Assembly: GCA_964304625.1 (NCBI GenBank)
Contig: OZ199839.1
Span: 9,531,979 to 9,595,978, forward strand
DNA from: Kudoa neothunni
Taxonomy: Eukaryota > Animalia > Cnidaria
DNA: 64,000 nucleotides
Direction: 5' to 3'
In this document: positions 39,767 through 53,034 of the stretch, one piece after another
Numbering within the stretch: the stretch's first letter is position 1
Layout: each line of letters begins with the position of its first letter
Program-made: the position numbers and the translations under genes
Notes under the pieces: generated by a model
Told to the model about the DNA's origin: nothing
The model's input: only the letters and a program-made list of their open reading frames with translations
The model's database searches: none

Positions 39767-40627
39767 TTTAGCTGTTTATTTCCACAGTCTCAGATTTTAT
39801 GTCTAAAACACTTTGAACACGCAATATCATTTGAAACGAATATTGTCCGGCATTTTTGGAATCGTTAAAAACGTTTGCGCGAGAAATTTTACCTTACAAT
39901 TGTTAACACAATGATAAAAACACCAAAATAAAATTTGATTCGACATGGCGACCATTCGCGGGAAATACTTTTCGCGGTTCTGTGTGCTTACGCACGCGTG
40001 TTGATTTAAAATGGGTCGAGTGATTCCACTATTTTGGACAATAAAACGCTAAAAACTAAAAGAAATAATGATAAAATATTATTTAAGGGTTCTTCATATG
40101 TAAAAGATTAAACCAATAAAATAAAACAACATTGGAGATGTGAGAATGTGAGACATGGACATGTAAAGGCCGTACTACAACTTCTCCGTTAGACGACATT
40201 ACTGATATCAATTTTATTATATCACCATTTCTCATAAAGATTCAGCCAATTTCATTCTGGAATTGATATTGATACTTTCATATCTAAACTTAAGGAAACC
40301 CAAAGTTTAATGGAACAGGAAATAAACCATGTTTTTTGCCACCCTAATATTAAGAATTCAAATTAAAAATCAAAAATGGAAAAAATACTAAATATTCTCT
40401 CCCAATATGGTAAATGCTATGGAAAAATATATATATCGACAGTCTATTACATTTGTTTTATTGCGAACAGTCGCCTCGCGACAACTATCTTTCCTGATGC
40501 ATTTAAAATACTTAAAGCTAACAACATACATGCTTTTGTCACTGCATTTTCATTTCTAAGACACAATCTTATATGTTTTGGCCGCAATAAAAGATAAAAG
40601 CAAGAACCGAAGCGTATAATGGTATAA

Positions 40628-41019
40628 TGTTACAACAGGATAGGGATAGGTGCCACGTAAACCTGTAGCCACCATCAAAACTCCCTTAGAAATAAGCGCC
40701 CCTTACCTTAAGAGGTAACAAGAACTCGCTCATTCACTCCAAATAAGGCGACTTCCGACAAACCTGGCGAGCGCATAATAACTAAGAATAACTGAGAATA
40801 AGAGCATAGCAGGACCGCCGCTCTAGTAGAGTAGCTCTATAGCTAGGCTGATTTCTCTTCGTTATTAGGAGGGCGAGCTAACGCCTACAAAAATTGCTCA
40901 AAGGGGTTAGCCAGTGAGCGGGGCATTGGTATTAGTTTTCAATTAGCAATAACCGCGCCTCAGATGACCTTCACAGACTGCGGTAATACCACTGCGCAAG
41001 AATAGATAGCCTAACGTCA
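40628..41019. other. GC-rich non-coding island, possible solo LTR
   Basis: Abruptly higher GC than its flanks, begins TGTTAC, no ORF. A matching terminus and TSD are not convincing. Confidence 0.25.
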
Positions 41020-43400
41020 TAGGTGTTTTAATGCTTAATGAATGGATTGTTTGCGTTTTAGAATGACGTCACACATACTCTAAATGTTGAAAAAGAGAAA
41101 TTTGAGCAGCTTTTTTAGTTAAAATTCCAAATTAAAATTTTTTCCATCACATAACGGATGGTCATAAGCTTTTTTGGTTGAATCAAAGCTGTGTAAAATT
41201 AATGTGCGCATCTATTTTGCGCATGTGATGTTTATGTTCAACCGACCGTGATTAAGTAGTTCTCGTATTTATGCAACTGTTTATTTAGAATTGTTACAAT
41301 AATTAAAAATTTTACCCAGATTGAATTAACAAATAATTTAAGGTGCGTAATTAAGAAGTTCCTGATGATAACTGACTACATAAGAACTTTATCGATATTT
41401 AAGAACACTAAATAAAAATATAAATCGTCAATAAATAGTTGTGTTCGTAATACCTAATTGATAGAGTTCAAAATAACGCATTTTCGCGGATGTGATTTGT
41501 TGTTAATATAGGACACACGTGATCGTTCATTTTCGTGAGTAAATTCTGATGCAAATATTTTTTATTTTCTACATGCACTTGAATCTTTTTTTGTTGTTTA
41601 TTTTAATTTTTGGTTCGTTTTCATACTCCACTTTAACCTCACAATACGTTTTTGCAATGCCAAAAACATTCAAAAAATCGGTATTATAGAAAAGTTACTT
41701 TACCGATTACGTTAGACCTATCTTTAAACATTAAAACAGTTTTTGAACCACTCTCTTCAAATCCTATAATAGGACCAACAACAATATACTTTCTAATTTG
41801 CATTAAATGTAATAGAACTTTTAAACTTTGACCCGCTCAATATTTAAGATATAAGCATATACGCCATTATTTCATCAATCTTCCAAAACACAAAGGATAA
41901 AAATCGATAAATTATATTAATCGGAATTTTTCTAGTAATATTTTGACCGGCTCTTTAAATGTAATCAATTGTAATGACGTGAGGGAAGCTTCATAACGCC
42001 AATTTTCGATGAATTAAAATTTTGGTTTTTGAATGGTCATCAACGTGGTATACACTCTTTTTATACTTTTCTGTTAAAATTTTGAATATCTTTATCATTG
42101 AAACTCGTTCCATCATTAGATAATCTTAATCTGAGTTTTTAAAAAATATATCATCAATAATTTATGTGGTCATTTTAATGGCCTAAGTTTTCTAATTATA
42201 AAATAATAATTCTGATTATTTATTTGGTTGTCGTATTCCTTTGTTTCTGAAATATAAATTATCTTTGCATCCTTATATGTACAGAAAATAAAAATAATGC
42301 TCTTTAATAGACATTTCTATTAATTAATTAATTAATATATTTATTGAGATTTATTGAGATTTATTTGTGGATCGCACCACCTGTAATGCTATAATGATAA
42401 GCGATTGACACAGAATTCTTAAGTGATGAAACACCTACGTAAGATATGGGATAAATTAAGTTTAAGTAGTTCGTACGTCGATTCTAATTTACTCATACAT
42501 GAAAATTAACCAAAATTTATTACATATTGCAAGTTTGAATAGTTGGTTTGATTTTATTTTACCCATAAAAATATAGAAATGCTCTAGCCATTTGTGAATC
42601 CTATATGTGCGGTAAATATCTCAAAAACCATCGTTCAATAACATATTAACTTCAATTTTCCATGAGCGCCTGTAATCGATTGATGATTAATTAAATTCTT
42701 CTAAATTATTAGATCACTTCATTTCGAACAAATTTCGTATAATTTAAGATTTTTAATATCGAAACTATAATTGCATTTTGGCAACAGGTAACCTAGCAGT
42801 AAATTCTCGTGATTTTTAAAAATGAATTATTTTTTGCTGCATTTATAATTTAATTACATGTACATAAATTGTAAATATTTATATAAGTATTTTATACAAT
42901 AAAACATTAATAAGAATCAAAAATTGTAGTAAACCACCATTAAAAAAATAATGCCTATAATAATAAAAAAATCATGAAAATTATATTTTTTGGAATGTTA
43001 TATACACTCAATTCTTTAAATACCATTTATTTCTTAAACAGATTTTTGAGAATAATAATTTATAATTCAAAATAAAAAATTACAAAAAAAAAATATTCAT
43101 AAAATACAAACCTTAAACTTAAATTTTTACCGCCTTATTGTTAGTTTTAATAAAATTGAAAGATTCATTTTGCATACATAATCCACAAAATGTCCTGTGC
43201 TTAATTGTTGGAGTTGTCTAGTTGGATGTAATAATTGAATCACCGACTGCATTTTTGTTAAAATAATTACTTGTTTTATATTATATATTCACATTTAACT
43301 ACTGGTTTTTTCAATTGTATAAAGAAGTACGTCTTCTTTTTAATGTTCCATTATTCATATTATATATACGCAGGACTTAATTTTCTTGGTTGTTTTCATA

Positions 43401-45494
43401 TTAACCCTCAAACAATTTTAATTTGTCCACTGAATATTTAATAATTATCTGGGATACTTCAAATTTCGTCTACTCACCTAAATTATTTTAATAAATAGAT
43501 TTATATAAATTTTTATGTGGAATATTGATTATTTCTTATCAATCAAAACTTTTTCCTCCATGGGCTTTGGGGGGAAAATCTGCCCAATAAATACTAAGAA
43601 ATTCAGCAATTATTAATCAAGATAATCCGCAATAATTCGATTAAGCATGTAAATCTCAATTTTAGATATCGTTTAAATGAATACTGTAAGGTCAGTGTTT
43701 ATTAGCTAAGAACAAACAAAATAATCTATAGATAATTTAAGCCTCAGGATCGTATATAAGAGTTAGCGCAAAATATACATCAATTTTATCGTTTGCCGCG
43801 CATATTGAGATAATCATGACATCATTTGAGGATTTTGGCAATGAGCAACAACCTTTAAATAGCGACATTAATGAAACCGTTCTTGAAATTCTGAAGAATC
43901 CGACGATACATCAGATTGCTTACATTCTGTGGATTCTACGACAAACAAAAGCGGAATACTTTGGACATTTAATTAGCCACCTCCATCAAAAATGCTGAAG
44001 GAGAATATTATGAATCCTGGGCCAACAGCTTATTGTATATAAATAGTTAAAAACGTGTTGGATTGTTTTTTTACATTCTTCATTGATGAAATTTGTCAGC
44101 AAATAATAAAACAAACAAACATGCATGAGAAATTACACTTTGCTGATTTATAGAATGATTTAGACGATGTTGAATTTAGTAGATTTTTCGGAACACTAAT
44201 TTTGAAGGCCGTCTACAAAGACAGAGAGCAATCTATTTAGAAATATTTAGTTTGAACGAAGAGAATTGGATAAATTTTTTCCAATTCGCAACATATGGAA
44301 CAAGTGGATCCAGACTCTACCTATATATTTTTTTCTCGGTGAAGATGTCACCGTTGACGAGCAGTTAGTCTCGTTTAAGAGAAGTTGCTCATTTACGGAA
44401 TATATGCCGTTGAAGCCGGAAAAATATGTTGTAAACATTTATCCCTATCTACGAAAGAACGGAACCCAACCTAACTAAAACTATGGTGTTGGTGAAAATA
44501 TTGTGCTTTCCCTTACAGCTCCCTTGTATAACTCAAGAAGAACTATAATTGTAGATATTTTCTTCTCTTCCCTTAGATTAGCCGAGAAGCTGTTAGGCAA
44601 ACGTCTGACGTACCTTGGAACAATTCGACACAATAAGAGAGATTTACCACCGTGTGTTCTTCCGTCTAGAAATCGATCCTTATTCAGCACTGTGTTTACA
44701 TCTTTTGATAAATATATGATCACTTCATATGTCACAAAAAAAGGAGAGCAATGATTCTCCTATCCTCAGGAACAACCAACGATACACATAAACTAAAGCC
44801 TGAAACAATAATGAATTATAATGGTTCCAAGGGAGAAATAGATACCGTGGATCAGATGTTGGCTTCCTTTACGGACCGCAGATTTAATCGACGATAGCCC
44901 CCGGTGGACTTTTACAATATGTTGAATTTGACTTTAATAAATCCATTTTGTCTGTATTAACACACATTTAACGATTTCACAAAATTGAGACGTGATTTTC
45001 TGAAAGAAATTCCCAAATGAAAAAATGTTTAAAAAGATCTCATACAACTTTACAACTTGAAATACTTCTAAACGAATATGCAAACATTTTCCTCGTGAAA
45101 ACGATAAGAAAACCTCATCCAAATGCTCCAAATGCTCCAAGTGTGGAAGTTTCTATTGTCGCGCCTATTCGTCAAATAAATGTCTAAATTGCTAGCTATT
45201 AACAGCCAAATTAATTAGTAACCCTTGAAAATATTTTATCCTTTATTTTTTACTAATATATTATTTTTCATTATTTCAAATAAGGCTAAACTTATTATAC
45301 GTTATAAAAACGATTTATCTCGCTATGTGCTTATCTTGCCGAAGAGGATTACTGAGGATTAATTATGAAGTAACTGATTGTTTTCTCAACGTTCTTTAGG
45401 CAGAATTTTCTCATAAGTTTATAATAATTTTCAGCGTACATTAAATCCAAAAAATCTGGGGTCTTTTTTACCCCAAAGCCCGTTGGAGGGTTAA
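43401..45494 (+). mobile_element. Decayed piggyBac transposon
   Basis: TTAA-CCCTCAAAC ... GTTGGAGGG-TTAA. Motifs VTVDEQLVSFKRSCSFTEYMPLKPEKY, IIVDIFFSS, YLGTIRHNKRDLP, YNGSKGEIDTVDQM, and a Cys-rich tail. Confidence 0.9.
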
Positions 45495-46694
45495 ATATGT
45501 TAATCTAGGAAACCATAAATCCCGCCAATTAAATTCTTAGGGTTAATTTAAAAAACTATATTCGAAATTCTTATATAATTCCTCATTAGTTTTTAAAATT
45601 TACGACATTTGTTAATTTATAATATGCGAGTTGCAGTATAGTTTTAATTTTCGTCCCACACTATTGGAAAATATTGATTATATTATTATTTTATATTAAT
45701 TGATAATATCCCTATTTTTATTTAATTTTCTCAGGCAAAGAGAATAAAAAGCGTCAATCCAAAAACTATCCGAAAATAGTTAACTGTTAACCGCGTGACT
45801 TTCGTTTCAGCTATTATCTGTCTTATTTTCATTCTGACAGCCTCAAATCCACAAAATATTTTAAAACTAAGATAACACTATCTCTTATTTAATATTTATA
45901 AATTATGTAATATTATGGAGAAGTGTGTTAGAGCGGTTTCTTTCACACTGTACAATAAGCATGATTGAGCATGCGTGGACCAAAATCTAATGTAGCAACA
46001 GGACTTGACTGTGCAGTATTGCCATAACACCTCTATAATCCAATGAAAATAATGCCCCAAATCCACCTGGCTGATTTAACGTGGTGATAGGCGCAATGAA
46101 TCGGAACGATTACTCTTTCATTTGAACATGTGATGAGTGGACGCACTGCCCATACATATATACACTCAGTTAATTCGATCGTAAACATTTCAAAGTCTGA
46201 CATAGATACGGTTAAATCAGCACGATTTTATCGCAAATTTGTTAATTAAATCCACATAACATCTATGTTTGAGACTTGTTACTACTGGTTTAATCCTATA
46301 AATAAGGATCTTAAGAAGATAGAGACGCCGGAGAACACCCACTCTCACCTAATTAACAATATTCGAATAGCACGTTTTGACAGTGGTTAAGTGTGGTTAT
46401 TAAGATATGCCTGTTACAATGGTGGACTATTTGGAAGGATAATACACGCTTTAACTAAAATAAGATTAGCAGATCGTGATTCCAAACACACTTGAGATTT
46501 TTTAATGATTTGATTGATTGTTTGGAATAAGATGCTGTATATTTCGCAGCAATAGTTTTCGTATAAATAAAAATGTGACAGTAAACTATGGCAACTGGTA
46601 TGTAATGGTGGGTGGGATAAAAACCAAAATTAAATCTCATTTACATATGGGTTCTTAATATGGCCGATCATTGACGATCAAAATAGTCTTGGAA

Positions 46695-49600
46695 ATGGCA
46701 AAAGCTAAGGTATACGCCACTTCGTGGAATTATTTTTTGAATCGAATCTTCCAACTCTATATAATTAACGATTTTCTAATATCTAATCTATGTGATTGAG
46801 ATGATGAATTTAGTTGCCTGTGCTAAATGTATAAGATTAATTTTTTAGAATGTGAAACAAGCCCCCAAGGATATCAATGAGTTGAAAAAAGAATTGGATA
46901 CTGATGTTCATACAATAGAGTTGAATGAATTTTACAAACGTTACGAAACAGATCCAATAAAAGGTCTTAGTAGTGAGGAAGCTGAAAGAAGATTAGCTCG
47001 TGATGGTCCAAACCAGTTGACACCTCCAAAACAAACTCCACTTATTATTCGATATTTGAAATCATTTATCGATGGATTTTCATTGATGCTTTTAATTGGA
47101 GGAGTGTTGTGTTTGGTAGCATACGGAATAGATTATTCTGGAAATCCAGACACTCCAAAAGATTATGTCTATTTGGGAGTGGTGTTGATAAGTGTGGTGT
47201 TTATCACCGCCAATTTCACTTTTTATCAAAACAACAAAAGTTCCAAAATTATGGACAGTTTCAAAAAACTAATACCACAAGAAACAGTGGTGATACGCGA
47301 TGGACAAAAGCTGGCTGTGCCAGCTAGGAATATCGTGGTTGGTGATGTGGTTATACTGACGTTTGGTGATTTTATACCGGCAGATATTCGCGTGATCGAA
47401 TCGAAAGATTTCAAAGTGGATAACTCTTCGTTGACCGGTGAAAGTGAACCACAGAAACGTTTGAAAGATTGTACTCATGAGAATCTACTGGAAACAGCCA
47501 ACTGTGCTATTGCCTACACATACGCCGTTGAAGGTACCGCCACAGGCGTTGCGTTTGCTACCGGCGACAACACTATTATGGGCAGAATTGCATTCCTCAC
47601 TTCGTCTCTCTCTCAAACCATCACACCAATAGCTAGGGAGATCAGCAAATTTGTACATCTTATCACAGCGATTGCGATCTTTTTGGGAATATTGTTTTTC
47701 GGTCTTGGTATGGGTGTGTCAAAAATGAAATTTGTTAATGCCGTTGTCTTTTTGATTGGTATTATTGTGGCTAATGTGCCAGAAGGTTTGTTGGTCACAG
47801 TGACACTTTCGCTCACACTAACAGCTCAACGCATGGCCACCAAAGAATGTCTTGTAAAAAATTTGGAATCAGTCGAAACACTTGGTAGCACTGGAGTTAT
47901 CTGTTCGGACAAAACTGGCACACTTACCCAAAACAAAATGTTGGTCAATCATGTATGGTGTAACAAAGAGGAAATACTTGTACCCCAGAAAGAGGGTCAA
48001 AAACGTATTCAGTCCGGCTATAGAGATGATGTCCACAAAGCTATTTGTGTTTGTGCTGCTGTGTGTAATCGTGCTGAGTTTCGTGGAAACCAAGATCCCG
48101 AACTGCATGTCAATCACCTGTTGACCACTGGTGATGCTTCCGAATCTGCACTTGTCAAATACATTGAACAATTTGTGGAACCATTGACCGAATGTCGTGG
48201 TCGATACCCCAAATTATTCGAAATACCTTTCAACTCCACCAACAAATATCAAGTTTCCATTCATGAAGTTCCAAATGAAAGCAGATATTTATTGTTGATG
48301 AAAGGTGCCCCCGAACGTATTGTTGAACGTTGTTCCACTATGTTGGTGGATTCTGGTGAGGTTCCCAACGATGATGCCAATAAACAACTCATTTTCCAAG
48401 CCAACGAAAATCTTGCCAACAAAGGTGAACGTGTTCTGGGGTTCGCTCATTACTGGCTACCTGAAGACCAATTTCCTCGTGGCTGTGATTTTGTGGTTGA
48501 TGACATACCCAAATTCCCTCTCGAAGGCTTATGCTTTTTGGGTTTGATTGCTTTGATGGATCCTCCAAGAGATGCCGTTCCTGAGGCGGTTCATGAATGC
48601 AGAAGTGCCGGCATTCGTGTTGTTATGGTCACTGGAGACCACCCTCTTACTGCTAAAGCTATTGCAAGAACTGTGGGAATAATCGCGCCCGATTCAATCA
48701 CTGTGGATGAGGTGATGAAACGAGATAATCTCACATTCGATCAAGTAGACCCTTCGATGGCCAACGCAATAGTTGTCACTGGCTCACAACTCAAAGATAT
48801 GAATTCCGAACAGTTGGACAGTGTGATCACTATGTATCAAGATATTGTGTTCGCTAGAACCTCACCCCAACAGAAATTGCTCATTGTCGAAGGCTTCCAA
48901 CGACAAGGTTATGTGGTGGCTGTCACTGGTGACGGAGTGAACGATTCGCCAGCACTTCGAAAAGCTGATATTGGAGTTGCTATGGGAATTGCAGGATCCG
49001 ATGTGGCAAAACAAGCGGCCGATATGATCTTGCTGAACGATGATTTTGCCAATATAGTATTGGGAGTGGAAGAAGGTCGACTGATTTTCGACAACTTGAA
49101 AAAATCCATAGCCTACACACTCACCAGTAACATTCCTGAGATATTTCCGTTTCTCATCTATGTGTTGGCCGAAATACCACTACCTTTGGGAACTGTGACT
49201 ATTCTACTGATCGATTTGGGTACTGATATGCTTCCCGCTATTTCGCTTGCCTATGAAACCGCCGAGTCAGATATTATGCGCCGGAAACCTCGAAATCCAA
49301 AAAAAGATCGGCTTGTCAATGGACGTCTCATGGTATTCAGCTATGGCATGGTTGGTGTGTTGCAGGTGGCCAACGGAATGATCACCTACATATTGATAAT
49401 GATGTTCAATGGGTGGACTCTACCGCTACTGAGTGGAATCGCGAAAGATTGGGACAACCCCAAGGTGGCATATGTCACCGATTCCTACGGACAAGAGTGG
49501 TCTTACGCCGCCAGAAAAGATCTCGAATACACCTGCCACAGCGCCTACTTCTTCGCCACCGTTATCATCCAAATTGCCGATCTGCTCATCAGCAAAACCA

Positions 49601-49857
49601 GACTTCAAAGTATCTTCACTCAAGGAATTTTCAACAATCTTTTCATGTTGATTGCCATTCACTTTGAAGTGGCACTTGGAATATTTCTTATCTATTTCCC
49701 ACCTATCAATACCGGCTTGATGACTCGTCCCGTGCATCCCAGATACTTTTTGTTGGCTGTGATCAACTCGATCATTCTTTGGGGTCTCGACGAGTTGAGG
49801 CGTCTTTTCATGCGCCGCAATCCTGGAGGATTTATCGAGAGAGAAACCTATTACTGA
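46695..49857 (+). CDS. ATP1A: Na+/K+-transporting ATPase alpha subunit (P2C), about 1007 aa, 2 exons
   Basis: Exon 1 46695-46709 (MAKAK), a 139-nt intron, exon 2 46849-49857. Motifs TGES, PEGL, DKTGT, KGAPE, DPPR, TGDGVNDSPAL, YTLTSNIPE (Ser, i.e. Na/K rather than H/K type), DLGTD, C-terminal RETYY. Confidence 0.97.
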
Positions 49858-50489
49858 GCTCACTCTCACATATAAATCGATCATGTTTTGTTAACTGTTG
49901 TTTCACATTCCTGCATAAAGTGTATTTACTTTCCACTAGCTATTTGTTTTACTTAGATTTCAACTTTTTCCATCAAAAAATTGTTTCACTTCATTCTCTT
50001 TATGTGTTTTTCTTGTATGCGCGCTTGTTTTTTTTTGAAACAATTAGTCGTTTTTATTGCTACTATATAAACTTAAATTTCATTCGATATTTAAGCAATT
50101 ACAATTGCGCATGTTTAATTTTTTTTTTTTCGAAGTTATAATGCAGGCACACCCCTTCCTGTTCTGTATAATAGTGCTTCATAAGAAGGGCTTATTTGTT
50201 AATAATAAATATTGATTTTTTACGATATCAAATGATAAATTTATTCTTAAAACGATCTTAGTAACATCAAGAACGTTAAAATGATTGAGAGAAAGCAGTT
50301 TTTTAATCTTAAGTTTGAGTTCGGTAGATTGCGTTCAATTAATATGGAAAACCTTAAATTTCCCCTAAGTTATCCCTGATTTTGATATTTACATATTGAT
50401 ATCGTTAAAAATTCTATCCACCGTGAGACAAATGAACCGCTAATTTCTAATTTTTTCTGCACGATACAATTCAAATCAGAGCTTCCCAA

Positions 50490-51000
50490 TAAGCCGGAGT
50501 GCTGATAATCCATTCCCGTTCAGTGCAGGAGAAATATGTAAAACTAACACCAACTTCTGTTATTTTTAAAGCGTTGAAATAACTCTGAGAATAAAATTAT
50601 TTTTGCAACACATGTAGAGAGTAATTTGAGACAAATAACGTAATTGTACAGATCGATGAATCTCAAATTTGCGAACGAACATGGTACCGTGGTAAAGTTT
50701 TCACCGACCACATGTGGATCGTGGGAGTAATGGATTTTAATAATAATATTGATCAAGTAATGACCGAAATTTGATTTAAAAATAATATCAAAAACATCAT
50801 TTCGGAATACGTTGAGTGTGGATCGAGATTATATGGTCGGGTTATAACAATTTAGAATAATTGGATTACAAATGTGATTAACAAAATCACATCATTAGAT
50901 TTGAAAATAGTGATGGCGAACACATAATTAGAATTAAAATCATCTAAGAGTGCAATAAAACGAAAGCTCTGCTATATTACAAAATAAAAATTCCGAGGCG
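50490..51000 (+). mobile_element. Merlin (IS1595/ISXO2-like) transposase remnant
   Basis: VQIDESQICERTWYRG...WIVG, IISEYVECGS, WSGYNNL and NH..RFENSDGEH are decayed Merlin DDE motifs. Confidence 0.7.
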
Positions 51001-51269
51001 ATGAGATTACATCTAATCCAATATTACTTATATAAATATTCTCTTAAAATAAATTATTCAGTTATATAAGGAAAACAAATGAAATTATACTCGATAGTGT
51101 AGTTTTTTCAAATATAAACGAAGATAGACGAGTTTCTCATCTGAACCATAGTGTAACTATTTAAAATAAATATTTTAATAAAACTGGGACAAAACATATG
51201 CTAATTTCAAAGTTAGGAAAATTGAGGACAGTTAATATTTTTTAAGGTTTGAATAAATGAGTCCTGATA

Positions 51270-52060
51270 TGGTAATAGGCTGGGATTAGGAATCTAAAAA
51301 CCATCCTTCTGGGCGTAGTTTTCCATCTTTTCTTAGGCGATTGTTTATAATAAAATAAAATAATTTCGCTCATTATGATAACTTCTAATCATGATAATAA
51401 ATGCTTATTACAACGCCGCCGGCACACGTGAAATCTTCGTTAAATTTCCAAAAACCAATGAGAACCCGCTTTATTGTTTATGTATTAACTTTAAAGTTAA
51501 GTATACTTGTTAACAAATTTTTTATTTATTTTTTGTTGTCAAAGTTATACGACTGAATCAATTTAATTAGCTTTACATATTTTATGGTAAATTATCCTCT
51601 GTATCATTTTTTATATATCGACTATAAATTTTTAAATAATATTTTGCAATCTACTAATATTTTTTTTAGTTTATAATTTTTTTTTGTCAATTTATTATAA
51701 TTATAAAAAAAGTTATAATTATTTTATCTTTAAAATTTTCTTGTTAAATTTTTATAATGAGAATATGATTGATATTTAAGATTTGTAGTAAGTAACATTT
51801 GTAGAAAAAAATGATAACCAAATTATTCTTCCATACTCCTTTTTTAATAAGTCTAATTTTACAAATTAAAATAGTACAATAAAAATACATTTTATCAATA
51901 TAGTGTCTTATAAAACATAATATGATGTACCTAATTTATTATAGATTTTGTTTATCAAATTTTTATCGGAAACTATCTTAATATTTTTATAATTTTCTAC
52001 TGTATTTTAAGTTTTGAAATTTATAATATGTGTATATATATGTATTCCTATAGGTTAATT
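51270..52060. repeat. Dispersed repeat, second copy of 29340-30130
   Basis: Same collinear shared blocks as the first copy. Confidence 0.6.
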
Positions 52061-53034
52061 AAAAGTATTAGTGTCAGCAAATACGCATGTGCGTCAAAAT
52101 TAGTTTAAAAATCGCAATGTTTCAAAAATATTTAAATCGTTTTTAAACTTCCAAATGTCTTCAAAATTTGTTTATCGAATTATTCGAGTTCAACAATAGG
52201 ATTAACACCTGTTTATGTCATGGTAATGATCGATTGAAGTTAAGTTTACTCCTTATATGCTTTATCAAATTTAAATTAAGCAACAGCAACCGACTTTGTA
52301 TATCAATTTAGGTGTTTATTCAGATACTCTCTCTTTGTCGTGAGTTTTAACGTATTTGACTTGATAAGCACACTTTGAAATTTCTATTACTGGTTTTGGA
52401 TGCAATAAAAAGTCTATATTTGTTTCATTAATGACGAATTAGTTGTGTATGCAATTATCAGATAGATTGAAGCTTTAGAATATACACATTGTATTTGTAG
52501 ATTTAGTTGAAATCGTTCGCAAAGTTGGACTTTCAGTGATTAAATTAAATGCAGATAGTTGTATTTTTACTTAATCCGATTATTCAAATATTTTACTTGA
52601 TACTTAAGCAATTTGTATGTGTTTTTAAAAAAGCGCGCATCAAAGTTTACGCCGGGCCAAGAGATATTAATTTGAGTAATAAAAATCAATTATCGAATAT
52701 TTTCTTCTATCTCTATGTCTTTTTTTATCATACCCAAAAGCATGGCTAAAACTTTCTAATCCGGGCCAAAAATAACGATTTAGATAACACTTTAGGGGAA
52801 TTTACATAATTCGGGAATGCCAAAAATACAGCACTGAACATAAATTATTTAGCGTTGGTGCCAGGCCACGAAATTTTTGAATGAACGTCGAAATTGGTAC
52901 ACTTCTTCACAGAAATGATCATAATTTAAATTTCATATTCAAGGTCTTAAAATATAATGCTTAAAAATTTTGTTTGAGTGTTATTAAGAAATTTTTCAGT
53001 GCTTAATACCCCTAAAAAACGCTAGACACTTCCT

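Noticed and set aside
46129-46200. C/D box snoRNA (GTGATGA...CTGA)
   Set aside because: The terminal stem is weak, and there is only about 9 nt of possible rRNA complementarity, recalled rather than searched. This could be chance.
47109-50141. Alternative-frame and antisense ORFs over the ATPase
   Set aside because: Shadows with no independent coding evidence.
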